Assembly (NCBI GenBank): GCA_034780895.1
Contig: JAUZTB010000107.1
Location: forward strand, 18,860,689 to 18,924,688
Reading direction: 5' to 3'
Source of the DNA: Rhynchobatus australiae
Taxonomy: Eukaryota
DNA length: 64,000 nucleotides
In this document: positions 1 through 11,150 of the stretch, one piece after another
How positions within the stretch are numbered: position 1 is the first letter of the stretch
Layout of the letters: each line of letters opens with the position of its first letter
Translations under genes and position numbers: made by a program
Notes under the pieces: generated by a model
Databases searched by the model: none
Told to the model about the DNA's origin: nothing
Seen by the model: only the letters and a program-made list of their open reading frames with translations

Positions 1-399
1 CCAGTGGTGGTTGGTGTATTGAGGAAAGATCGAATAATGATTATAAGTTGTCAACAATGGACCTGTTACAAGATCCATTCCAAAATACAGCGTGGACTTT
101 GTTTATAGTCCAACCACCTGTTGTTAAGTCCAACCACCTATTTGTTACACCTTGCTTTTAATACAGGTGACCAATAATATCTTCTGATATAGAAAGGGAG
201 CAATTTACAAGTGGTAATCTTCTGTTTTTAGTATTCATTTGATGAGAATGAATTGAAATTAGTTTATGTTGAATCAATCAAGTGGACTTGTGTTGGGTCC
301 TGGTATGTATGGGCTGTTCTTACAATATAATTTAATACGGTCAATTACCACAGCAACTTGTATTTATATAGAAACTGAAGCAATTTGTGGATACTCTCA

Positions 400-712
400 A
401 AGCCTCCTTGCAAAAGTGCAACATTCTCAAGAACTGATGGAATACCTGGTCCATGATCGGTCAAAATGCAGAATGGAATGGGCATTCAGGATGGTACTGA
501 AAGCCTCAAGTCCACTCACCAGGAGCATGCAGATAATCAGTATAAAGTGGTGGAAGCAGAGCATCTCCTCACAATCTATCCACCCACCTGCTCAGTACAG
601 CACCTCTTTCTCCACCTGTGAGGGATCTGCAGGTCCCATTTGGCCACATCATTTACCTTAGAAATGGAGTAGAATCAAGTCATCCTTGACCACAAGGGAC
701 TATCCAAGAAGG
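400..712 (+). mobile_element. RTE-clade LINE 3' end fragment (degenerate)
   Basis: Frameshifted translation HDRSK.R...SQSIHPP...TCEG...SHI..HL resembles the RTE ORF C-terminus (A.DRS.WR...CPTCGR.C.SHIGL.SH), followed by a short 3' tail. Confidence 0.65.
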
Positions 713-764
713 CTTTGGAGCCTCTAAAATACCACAACATGCAAAGGCACTTCATTTCAGCATT

Positions 765-1290
765 TTCAAATCCAATTTGGCACTGAGCCACAGGAGGAGA
801 TATTGAGGCAGATGAGCAAAATCTTGCTAAATTTTACATAGCATCTTAAAGGGGGAAAGAGAACTAGTAAGGTTTAGGAAGTCAGTTCGGTACTTAGGCT
901 CATAGATATCAATGGTGAAGCATTTAAAAATCAAGATGGTGGAGAGACTAGAGTTGGATAAAAGCAGAGGTATTAAATATTGGCTTGGCTGAAGAAATGG
1001 GGAGGGGTAAGGCCATGGACAGATTGGAAAACAAGGATAAAAAGATTAAATTAAGTTTGCATAAACAGACACCAATGTAGTCCAGGAGTACAAGGGTGAA
1101 CTATATTTGGTGCAAGTTTGAAGACAGGAAGCAGTGTTTTTGAGAACCTCAAGATTATGAAGGGTAGAACTTGGGAGGCTGGCCAGAAGAATTTTGGAAT
1201 AGTATCAGAGAGCTTCAGCAGCCTATGAGTTGAGGTAGAAGCAGAAGCAGGTGATGTTTTGGAAATGAAAGTAGATAGTCTTGGTGATCA
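765..1290 (-). mobile_element. L2 LINE 3' region fragment
   Basis: Purine-rich motif series (agcatcttaaagggggaaagaga...ggtttaggaag...tcaatggtgaagc) typical of antisense elasmobranch L2 3' ends; related copies at ~19.1 and 26.2 kb, and in the opposite orientation at 9.1 and 44.0 kb. Confidence 0.55.
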
Positions 1291-1666
1291 CAGCTTATTA
1301 AATGTAAAATTATGTTTTATTTTGGAGTTGGATCTATAGCATTACTTGTGTCAATCATAAACATGCATGGAATTTGGCTGTAATTGCCCAATGCAGATCA
1401 AGCCCTGTATGAGTTATCAGACGTTGAAACTTTTTGAGAAGAAAGTGAACAGGTTGGGTGCAGGCAGTCTGGTAATCTGCCCAAAACACACTCCTGAAGT
1501 TAAGCTACTTGAAAGCCTCACAACTAGTTTGTGTTCCTTCCCAGCTTATTATTATTGCACTATTTATTAATTCTATCAGTAAAGTTATAAACTTGAGAAT
1601 CTCTTTACTTTAAGATTATCATGGAGAGAAGAAGACATTCCTGGATCTGATTGGTGGAGGGTTTGG

Positions 1667-1790
1667 TGTCATGGTTCTGAGTTCTGGCTCTCAATTTGGC
1701 TTCTTTAATGCCTTGTTGTATAGCACATGGATTCCATGCAGGACTTAGACACACCTGAGCCCCATCAGGGGCCGAGAATAAGTACCTGTG
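1667..1790 (+). mobile_element. LTR fragment, same family as the solo LTR at 10396-10656; truncated by an N gap
   Basis: Begins TGTCAT. 1667-1745 is the reverse complement of 10579-10656 with 8 differences over ~79 nt. Confidence 0.65.
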
Positions 1791-3699
1791 NNNNNNNNNN
1801 NNNNNNNNNNNNNNNNNNNNNNNNNNNNNNNNNNNNNNNNNNNNNNNNNNNNNNNNNNNNNNNNNNNNNNNNNNNNNNNNNNNNNNNNNNNNNNNNNNNN
1901 NNNNNNNNNNNNNNNNNNNNNNNNNNNNNNNNNNNNNNNNNNNNNNNNNNNNNNNNNNNNNNNNNNNNNNNNNNNNNNNNNNNNNNNNNNNNNNNNNNNN
2001 NNNNNNNNNNNNNNNNNNNNNNNNNNNNNNNNNNNNNNNNNNNNNNNNNNNNNNNNNNNNNNNNNNNNNNNNNNNNNNNNNNNNNNNNNNNNNNNNNNNN
2101 NNNNNNNNNNNNNNNNNNNNNNNNNNNNNNNNNNNNNNNNNNNNNNNNNNNNNNNNNNNNNNNNNNNNNNNNNNNNNNNNNNNNNNNNNNNNNNNNNNNN
2201 NNNNNNNNNNNNNNNNNNNNNNNNNNNNNNNNNNNNNNNNNNNNNNGGAAAGAAAGGATGAAGATAACATAACATTAGAAATAAATTAATATGAAAAACA
2301 ACAGTTTAATCTAATAAATGTCCCTTATGTATTGCATGTGAATAGTGGCAACAGGAGCAAATTCAACATCTGTTCATCATGCAGCCACTGCAGATTTGTC
2401 AGTTCCTCAGTCTAAATGAAAATAATCTGAAAGTAAGTTCTGCACTTGCCAATTCATGACTATATTGTGAATAGCAGATTAGCCTCCTGCCGGTTGCATA
2501 TAAAGTTCAGCTTGATAAATACAATTCAATAATTATTTTGTAAATGCATATTTCAATGAGCACACGAAATAAGTTAAAGACAAGCATGAGCAGTTAAGAT
2601 CAATATGACTGATAACTTTCAAACTCCATATTTTTTTCCTAACATTAAGTGAAAGTTGTGGATACGACAATGACTAAATGTATTATGCACTCTAACCTCC
2701 CATCAATGGTTGGCAAATAATCAAGCTAACATTTCTATGTTAATTTAACAGTGCTCCCATGAAATCTTTACGCCCACATCCAATGTTCAGCAGATGTGGC
2801 AGCGTTTGAACTTTTGAAACTGTATCTTGAAATCTCTAGAAATTTGCAGAAATACAATTTAGTGGAGACTATTTTTAATGTAATTTTGTTCACGCGAGAT
2901 AATATTTGAGCTAAGGTTTGTCAATTTGTCAAAAATAAAACTCTGTTATCCAGTGGAACACTGGAAGTAATGAGAAGTGTGGAGAATCCACCCCAGCTCC
3001 CCTTTCCAATATCCCCTTCCCAACCCACCATTCCCATCAACTACACAGATTGAGGGCAATGTCATAAGCCCTTACTCCATAATAAATACATTGGCATAAA
3101 TGTCTCAGCAGCACCTGCAATTTCCACTTGAACTGGGTTACAATATAGCAGCAAAATATTTTAGAAAACATTTGGGTTTTTGTTGTGCTGTTTCATTAGC
3201 CATCTGGCTTTTTTTTAAAAATAATGTTCAGTTAAAAAATGTACAGTATATCCATCAGTAAAACTGCAAAAACTCCCAATGCCATTGCTGACATTGTTGA
3301 TAGCAGGGTGAGAAGGATCTTGAGAGGGGTTCAGGAGATTTACCAAACTGTTAATGTTGACAGTCAGCATATTTCTGTAGAGAGCTGGAAGCACGTGCCT
3401 GTTTAGGGTAGTCGTCCTTTTCAGTATTGATATGGGTTCTACAACGTACACAGGATTCCATTTCTATTTTAACATTGAACTGGTTCACACTTGCATCCTG
3501 CAGTGTCCAACCAGTTCTATTGGTAATTGGGCCAATGAAGCTTCTAAATGATGCTTTCAATTATTTTATGTGGCTGACTTGGAGTTCTCCAGAAGCAACT
3601 TGGGCTACTGATGCCTGAGCTTCTCTACACCACTATAACAAACACTCTTGCATTTAGTCCAGCTGAAAATGCTCTATCTAAATCCAGATATGTACTTGT

Positions 3700-4576
3700 T
3701 GCAATTCTATTTATTTTGGCATGGGTTGAGAATTAGTTAATGAACAGAAAGCAGAGATTGGGAATAAGTAAGTCTTTCTCAAGCTGGCAGACTGACTAGT
3801 TGGGTACTGATCAGCGTTTGGACACCAGCTATTCACAATCTATATCAATGATTTTGTTGAGGAGATCGAATTGGAATTGGTTTATTATTGTCACTTGTAC
3901 TGAGGTACAGTGAAGAACTTGTCTTGCATATCATTCATACAGATCATTTCATTACACAGTGCATTGAGGTAGTACAAGTTAAAACAATGCAGAATACAGA
4001 GTAAAGTGTTACAGCTACAGAGAAAGTGCAGTGCAGGTAAACAATAAAGTGCAAGGTTATAATGAGGTAGATTGTGAGGTCAAGGGTCCATCTTATTGTC
4101 CTTGAGCCTGGTGATACATGCTTTCAGGCTTTTGTATCTTCTGCCTGATGGGAGAGAGGAGAAGAGAGAATGTCCAGGGTGGGTGGGGTTTTGATTATGC
4201 TGGCTGCTTTACCGAGGCAGTGAAAAGTATAGACAGGGTCCATGGAGAGGAGGCTGGTTTCTGTGTTGTGCTGAGCTGTGTCCACAACTCTCTGCAGTTT
4301 CTTGCAGTCCCAGCTAGAGCAGTTGGCATACCAAGCTGTGATGCATCCAGATAGGATGCTTTCTACGTCCACCAATAAAAGTTGGTGTGTGTAATGGGAG
4401 ACATGCCAAATTTCTTTAGCCTCCTGAGGAAGTAGAGGCACTGGTGAACTTTCTTGACTGTGGTGTCTACATGGTTGGACCAGGTCAGGATGTTGGTGAT
4501 GTTCACTCCAAGGAACTTGAAGCTTCAATGCTCTTGACCTGGATGTTTCCAAACATCCTATTTCCAAGTTTGCTGC
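3700..4576 (+). mobile_element. CR1 LINE RT fragment interrupted by a Rex1 insertion
   Basis: ctattcacaatctatatcaatgat (LFTIYIND) at ~3830-3852 resumes as atttccaagtttgctg (ISKFA[DD]) at ~4560-4575. Confidence 0.6.
3869..4540 (-). mobile_element. Rex1/Babar LINE, 5'-truncated
   Basis: ORF 4124..4615(-) contains ESILSGCITAWY.NCS..DCKKLQRVV.TAQH...CLGKAASIIK, the Rex1 RT C-terminus. The 3' tail ends in a gaattg/caattc microrepeat at ~3870. Confidence 0.85.
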
Positions 4577-4864
4577 TGTGTGTTGAGAAATGGGACTGAC
4601 GGGATTGATCAACAATGCTCACATTGATTCAATGGGCTGGATGTCCTCCTTCTGTGCCGATATAATTTTGTGATGTTATGATTCTGTGAATTTGGGTCAA
4701 AAGCAGAGGGATCCCAGATATCCTGCTTGACCAGCTAAGCTTTTGTCTTGGTTTCAGAATTAAGTAGTTTGGTGTGGAACAAGTTTTCTCTTTGATGTTT
4801 CCAAATGAATAAGCTTCCAGCTCTTTAACTTTAAAGCTGTCTTTCTGAAAACTGCTAAAATGCA

Positions 4865-5062
4865 AGCCATACTGGCAAAGTGAAAACAATAAAATGCTGA
4901 AAGTATGCATGGAGAGTGAAAAAGGATTAATATTTCATCTTGTCATGAAGGGTTCACCTGAAATGTTAACTCCTTTTCCATACACAGTACTTGATCTGCT
5001 GAGTATTTCCAGCATTATTTTTAATTCAGATTACCCAGTAGTCACAGGATTTCACTTTTGCC
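4865..5062. mobile_element. Penelope-derived palindromic terminal-repeat remnant
   Basis: Inverted arms aaaatgctgaaagta...ggagag / ...ctgctgagtatttccagcatt around gaagggttcacctgaaatgttaac; related pieces at ~19575-19700, 31575-31725 and 56225-56330. Confidence 0.55.
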
Positions 5063-5329
5063 TTTGACCTGTATTTCATTTTACAAATCCATAAATCAGT
5101 TTCCTCTCAATAACATCAAGATCTTAGTTTGTGCTGCCAAGATTATTGCTGGAAAAATGGACGCAAATGGAGATAATGAATCCTAAGAATATTTAATCTC
5201 TCTAAACTTCTAGGAATTTCTCTGACATGTACCTGAGCAGATAAGGGTGTTATATTGATGGAAGCAGTTGTTGTACCTGGTTTGAACAGTGTCTGGTTTG
5301 GTTCATTTCAATGAGCTTTGGTCAGAGGA

Positions 5330-5985
5330 GGTGTGAAGTCGACAGGGTGGTGAAGACAGCGTTTGGCACTGAGTACGGTACAAATTGTTGATGAGGTCAC
5401 ACTTGGAACATCGTGCACAGTTCTGTTGCCCAGCTATAGGGTCATTGAGCTGGAAAGGTGCAAAGCATTCAGGAGGATGTTACCAGGACTGGAGGGCTTG
5501 AGTTATAAGGAGAAGCTGGATAGACTGGGACTGTTTTCCTTGGAGTGTGAGAGGATGAGGGGTGACCTTCTAGTATATAAAATAATGAGGTGGATGATCA
5601 CAGTTTTTTTTTCCTAGCGGAGTCGAAAACTAGAGGACATAAAGATATTTATTAGTCACATGTACATCCAAACACACAGAGAAATACGTCTTTTTGCGTT
5701 GCTAAGAATGTGCTTGGGGGCAGCCCACAAGTGTCGCCTGGGAGGGGAAAGATTCAAAAGGGACCTGAAGGGCAAATGTTTGCACATAGGGGGTTCGTGG
5801 GTATATAGAACGAGCCTCTAGAGAAAGTGATAGAGGCAGGTACAATTAAATTGCTTAAAGGACATTTGGACAGGTACATGGAGAGAGATGGTTGAGAGGG
5901 ACAATGGGCCAAACACAGGCAAATGGGGTGGACATCCTGATCGGCGCTGGCGACCTCGGCCGAACGGCTTGTTTCCGCCCTGTGC
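5330..5985 (+). mobile_element. CR1 (HER1-like) LINE 3' fragment
   Basis: Translation ELER...FRRMLPGLEGLSYKEKLDRLGLFSLE..RMRGDL..VYKIM followed by a typical CR1 3' UTR. Confidence 0.85.
5640..5738 (-). mobile_element. 5'-truncated SINE tail inserted into CR1
   Basis: Reverse complement of the 3' ~100 nt of the SINE at 16454-16755 (acacttg.gggctgcccc...gatgtacatgtgactaataaa). Confidence 0.75.
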
Positions 5986-6270
5986 GACCATCGTGGGATG
6001 AAGGATGAGGAATGGAGGCAGGAAAAGAGAGAAAAAGGAGGTTAAAGATCCATTAACGCGCACAGCAACTTCATAAAGCTATGAAATACTTCAGGAGGGC
6101 CAGAGAAATGCTTTGGGGCTTGTTTTTTGTACCCTGCTGAAGCCTTCCCCGGGTTGGAACAGTCTGTGTCCCGCCGACCGGGCAAATGTAACAATTTCCA
6201 CCGCCGCGGAGGGATACGCCGAGCGTGGCGCGGGGCGGCCTGTTGCTGCGCGACGGGAAGAGTTGTGTCT

Positions 6271-6283
6271 GTTGCCGGGCAAC
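6271..6283. promoter_or_regulatory. RFX X-box (GTTGCCGGGCAAC)
   Basis: Palindromic match to GTNRCC-N(0-3)-RGYAAC inside the CpG island of a ciliary gene; a second degenerate site GTTGCTGCGCGAC lies at 6242-6254. Confidence 0.7.
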
Positions 6284-6663
6284 CGAAAGTGGGAATCAAA
6301 CTTGAGGTGGGAGGAAGTGGCGGGAGNNNNNNNNNNNNNNNNNNNNNNNNNNNNNNNNNNNNNNNNNNNNNNNNNNNNNNNNNNNNNNNNNNNNNNNNNN
6401 NNNNNNNNNNNNNNNNNNNNNNNNNNNNNNNNNNNNNNNNNNNNNNNNNNNNNNNNNNNNNNNNNNNNNNNNNNNNNNNNNNNNNNNNNNNNNNNNNNNN
6501 NNNNNNNNNNNNNNNNNNNNNNNNNNNNNNNNNNNNNNNNNNNNNNNNNNNNNNNNNNNNNNNNNNNNNNNNNNNNNNNNNNNNNNNNNNNNNNNNNNNN
6601 NNNNNNNNNNNNNNNNNNNNNNNNNNNNNCAGCTATATTATCATTCCAATTATTATTCCACAG

Positions 6664-6967
6664 GATGGTTCGGAAGAATTACGTTTCACTGACTCGATTT
6701 CCACCGAATTAGCTCCCACGCTGCTAGGTGGCGGTACCCCTACGGATGGAGAAAGAGGGGCAGTCACCTCTGGCGATGGCACAAGAGGAGGGAGCTCAGA
6801 CGACGATCAGACCCTCGCAACCCCGGCGCCGGCTACCGAGCCTGGTAGCGCAGAGCAGGGTTCCGGCGCGTCCGAACTCTCGGACTATTTCCAAGACGGG
6901 AATAACACCGAACCCGTGCCTCACCTTGTCACATTCACCGTGACTGTAACGCTGGCTGTTCCGACTG
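6664..6967 (+). CDS. cfap92: cfap92 coding exon (acidic/low-complexity N-terminus up to the start of DUF4550); start codon probably upstream in the N gap
   Basis: ttattccacag acceptor; DGSEELRF...EPVPHLVTFTVTVTLAVPT, like human HVVPCKFTISLAFP as recalled; G|gtatgt donor, phase 1, matching the next exon. Confidence 0.8.
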
Positions 6968-8245
6968 GTATGTGGTTTAACACTAATCCAAAGAAAACAT
7001 CCCAACCTGTTGTAACGTGGGAATGTCAGTCCCAGCTTCATGAAATTACACACAGGCACAACCTTTCTTTGCATTAGCATTAACAGTCAAGAAACGTGGA
7101 TTACTTGTGAAAATGTTAAATGCTTAATAGTGAATTTTCGNNNNNNNNNNNNNNNNNNNNNNNNNNNNNNNNNNNNNNNNNNNNNNNNNNNNNNNNNNNN
7201 NNNNNNNNNNNNNNNNNNNNNNNNNNNNNNNNNNNNNNNNNNNNNNNNNNNNNNNNNNNNNNNNNNNNNNNNNNNNNNNNNNNNNNNNNNNNNNNNNNNN
7301 NNNNNNNNNNNNNNNNNNNNNNNNNNNNNNNNNNNNNNNNNNNNNNNNNNNNNNNNNNNNNNNNNNNNNNNNNNNNNNNNNNNNNNNNNNNNNNNNNNNN
7401 NNNNNNNNNNNNNNNNNNNNNNNNNNNNNNNNNNNNNNNNNNNNNNNNNNNNNNNNNNNNNNNNNNNNNNNNNNNNNNNNNNNNNNNNNNNNNNNNNNNN
7501 NNNNNNNNNNNNNNNNNNNNACTTAAATATTTCTGTTTATGGTTGACAGAGAACCTTGGGAACAATATTGCAGAAAGGAATAAGAACTAGAAATTTACTG
7601 TTGTTGATAATAGTGGATAATCCTCTTTCTGCTATTAAACGAAGGGATTAATCCCAAACGCTTCGATGCCTCCTTGTAAAGGCATACAGAAGAATCTAAT
7701 TTTGCTAATAGTTGGGAAATACAGAAAATAACGGAAAGGAAAATCAATTATATATGTCCCCTGATCTAGCATGTGAGAAACAAATGTTCTTTGGTACTGC
7801 CAAGATTTAGAAGAATAGAATTGCTCAAGTCTGGAGTGACATGACTGCTATTAAACTAATAGTTTATATTTTGATTACGTGGAATTGGTGAGGAGAATGG
7901 CAATCTTGTACTGGGGACTGTTCCTGGTGCATCCTTCAATTCCATTGCAAATTATGTTTAAATTATAGATTCTGCTCAGTGACTGATTTTATCTCCATTC
8001 GCACACAGTGCCTTGAAAGTACTCTTACAGTACTGAACATATCTTAATTGATTTGCCCCATGATCATCACCAGTCCATTTTGAATTTTATTAAGTATCCA
8101 CTACAAATAATACTGCTAGTGGAAACCACACAGTTCAGACACCTACTGCTAAGCAGTAGGGATCAATTAGTTTTAGATATTTGGCATATGATGTATATTT
8201 GCTTTCAGTAGAGTGAACACTAATTATGAAATGTATATTTCTTAG

Positions 8246-8424
8246 TGAAAGAGAGTGACAAAAAGAAAGATCGCAAGTCTAAAGCACTGAAGATGTTGGA
8301 AGCATTAAAAGCTCTCAGCTACTTTCACTTGGAAGTGTCTCTTCTCCCAAATGCTGAGCCAACAAGATTTGATATAGTGACCTTTGAAAAAGCTGCTAAG
8401 CTCTATATGACAAATGATTCCCAG
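8246..8424 (+). CDS. cfap92: cfap92 coding exon (DUF4550)
   Basis: tttcttag acceptor, phase 1; ...YFHLEVSLLPNAEPTRFDIVTFEKAAKLYMTNDSQ resembles KIAA1257 FYHIEYFLLP.DEEPKKVDI..F...AK.F; CAG|gtagga donor, phase 0. Confidence 0.92.
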
Positions 8425-9084
8425 GTAGGAGATTTTGTTCAGTTTTATCAATTCTGTTAAAATTTATGCTGGATTGGCCTCTGTGGATGGGAGACTGAAA
8501 TGAACATGATCTGGAATTTGCTGATCATGAAAGCAGATTCAAATGCGATTTTCAAAGGGAAATTGGATAAATACCGAGGGGGAAAATACCGAGAGGGAAA
8601 GAGCTGAAGAATGGGTGATTCTGGATTTTGGGCTTGATGTTGTAATGATTCTATGATATAGTTGAAGTCATCGTGTAAATTTCCCTTCCCAGTGCAAATG
8701 CTTTCTCGTGACCCCACAAACTCCACTGGGAAGCACCACTGGAACATCTGTCCTTAGGACTTAGAGACAAAGGGCTGCACTGAGTTTTCAACAGATTCAC
8801 TACTGTTGTTATAACTTGTTTACCCAGTGTGTAAATAGGCATGGTACAGAGATGTACTAACTTAATTCCTTGTTTTTATTTAATTCCTCTTGGGTTGGCA
8901 ATGAAAGCTTGGAATTGTACCCTAGTGTAATCTTTTGTTATAAGTATGAATTTAAGCAGCTGTTTCAAGGATTGTGAGTGGCAGTTTTTCATTAAGTTAG
9001 CAGCTACCATGCTTTAAGGAATAAATTGCAAATCCTCAAATATTCAGCTCTTTCAAAAAGAAAAGAACTTTCAAATGTGTTTCT

Positions 9085-9330
9085 CCATGGCTTCACCTCT
9101 CCTTATTTCTGTAACCTCCTCAAGACATGGAACCTTCTGTGAATTCTTCATTCCTCCAATTCTGCTCACCTGTACCTCATCAGTTTTAATTGTGTCACAT
9201 TTGTCAGCCATGCATTCACCTATCTAGTCCTAACATACTGGAATTGATTCATCAGTCCTTTCCACCTCTCTAAGGCTGTTTTCCAAAACTTCCAGTGGTT
9301 TGGTGCTGAGTTTTGTTTGTCAGTGCTTGG
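9085..9330 (+). mobile_element. L2 LINE 3' fragment
   Basis: ctccatggcttcacctctccttatttctgtaacctcct...gccatgcattcacc...ctggaatt motif series of L2 ORF2 ends. Confidence 0.5.
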
Positions 9331-10395
9331 GAACATTTTTTTAAATTTTAGTTTATATATTGCTGTTATTTTCCACTTAAAATATTTGGACCTATTTTAC
9401 TTAATGGATTAATTTGTGAAGATTTTCAAAGTTTATCATTTACATGTTTATTGAGAGAGGAAGTTTTCAAATTGTAATAAGTTTATCACTTATTTTGCAC
9501 TGTTGTGCAGAACAGTCATCTTTGCCTACTGAAGCATTGTTGACAAAAGTGAAAGTAAATTTGAATGTAATCAAGTTCCATAAATTCAAAATGTAATAAA
9601 AGTCATTTGTAATATTTCACTACTGTGGAAGAGTTGGTACAATGTGGGAACTGCCCTATTGCCAAGTTGAACCTAAAGTATATCCAGCTACTTTGAGTTC
9701 TTAGCATCCAGCAAGGAGTTCCTTCAATCACTTAAAAACAAGTGGGTAATGTAAACAGATAAACATTAGAATCAACATATATAGTCCAAAAATTGGGAGG
9801 TTGTGGATCTAATAATGGAATTGCTAAGCTGTCAAAATTTAATTCATTTCTACTTTGATAATAACAATGCTGGGAAATGGACTGCAATTGTACATGAATT
9901 TTTTTAAACACATTTATGCTATAATTGTGAATTGTATATAGAAATGTTAGCTTCTGTGCTACTGGTACTTTGAATGTGGTGTTATTTATAGGTTATCCAT
10001 GATACAGGCATCTGGCAGGGTCATTAACCAATCAGATTAAACATTTCTCACATTCAGCAAAAATAAGGATTACAATTAATGTTTTAATCATTGTCAGTAA
10101 GTGAAATAAAAGGGACATGCATGGATGTGCAAGGAAGACACTAAAATATCAAACAACTTTAAAATATACATAATTTTAAATAATCCAATTTTTAAATGAT
10201 ATTCTGAAGGAATGAGACTCCACCCATTGAAAAATACTTTTACATTCACTACTGCTCTGCACAGAGCACCTTGCATTGTGAGACATTCCAAGTGTCCTTG
10301 CATCACTATTTGAATCCTTGGCTGTAAAATTTAAATAAGTTAATTGTGAGCAAATTTCAAAAGGTTAAAAATTTCAATGTCTGTGCTCAATTATC

Positions 10396-10656
10396 TGTCA
10401 CAATGTTGTTCAAGAGCAAACTCAGAGAACCCAAATGAGGCACACCAATACAAGACTGGAGTCAGGATACTTNNNNNNNNNNNNNNNNNNNNNNNNNNNN
10501 NNNNNNNNNNNNNNNNNNNNNNNNNNNNNNNNNNNNNNNNNNNNNNNNNNNNNNNNNNNNNNNNNNNNNNNNGTAATCAGTCCAGCATGGAATCCATGTG
10601 CTGGACAACAAGGCATTAATGGAGCCAAATGAGGGCCAGAACTCAGAACTATGACA
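10396..10656 (-). mobile_element. Solo LTR (Gypsy- or BEL-like) with 5-bp TSD
   Basis: Termini TGTCA...TGACA flanked by identical TTATC at 10391-10395 and 10657-10661; second copy at 1667-1790. Strand is given relative to that copy. Confidence 0.8.
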
Positions 10657-10699
10657 TTATCTCATACTTTACAGCAATATCAGATGCTCTCTAATGACA

Positions 10700-11150
10700 G
10701 CCTTGACTTAGTAGGTAGAATTTTTGTTTGAACAGAGAGTTCGAGTCCCACTCCAGGTACTTGAGCACAAAACTTAGTGTGAGTCTTCAGTGTGGCTCTA
10801 AGGAAATGAGCTACAGAGGTACTCTCTTTTGGATGAAACATTAAACTGAGGTCTGCACTGCTTTCTGTGGTGGTTGCAAAATATCCCATGTTATTTTTCC
10901 AAAGAATAGTAAGGATGTTTTACCCAGTATGCAAGTCAATTCTCACTCTTCAACCAATGTCACTAAAACTGATTACCAGGCCATTATAACGTTGTTTGTT
11001 AGAGATAGCTGTATACAAATTGATTTGTCTTTACATTGTTACAACATGGCTGAACATTAGTAGGTACTTCATTGCCTAGAAGGTGGTTTGGGATATCTCA
11101 GCTCATGAAAGAAACAATGGAAATACAAGTTATAAGTTGTGCTATTTCCT
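10700..11150 (+). mobile_element. SacSINE1/DeuSINE-like SINE
   Basis: tRNA-like head (gttcgagtcccactcca..acttgagcacaaaa), Deu-like core (ggatgaaacattaaactgagg...aaaatatcccatg...tcaaccaatgtcactaaaac) and an L2-like tail. Confidence 0.7.

Larger units (their letters stand above)
5930..7000. promoter_or_regulatory. CpG-rich island, probable cfap92 promoter and 5' end
   Basis: Dense CpG and high GC against a CpG-depleted AT-rich background, a GC box (gcggggcgg at ~6230-6238), and position immediately 5' of the first recognisable coding exon. Confidence 0.7.

Noticed and set aside
3215-3660. Short overlapping ORFs upstream of the promoter as exons of a divergent gene
   Set aside because: No recognisable protein similarity and no consistent splice-phase chain.
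6127-7077. 316-aa ORF as a single-exon gene
   Set aside because: It spans a gap; only 6664-6967 has splice signals and CFAP92 similarity.
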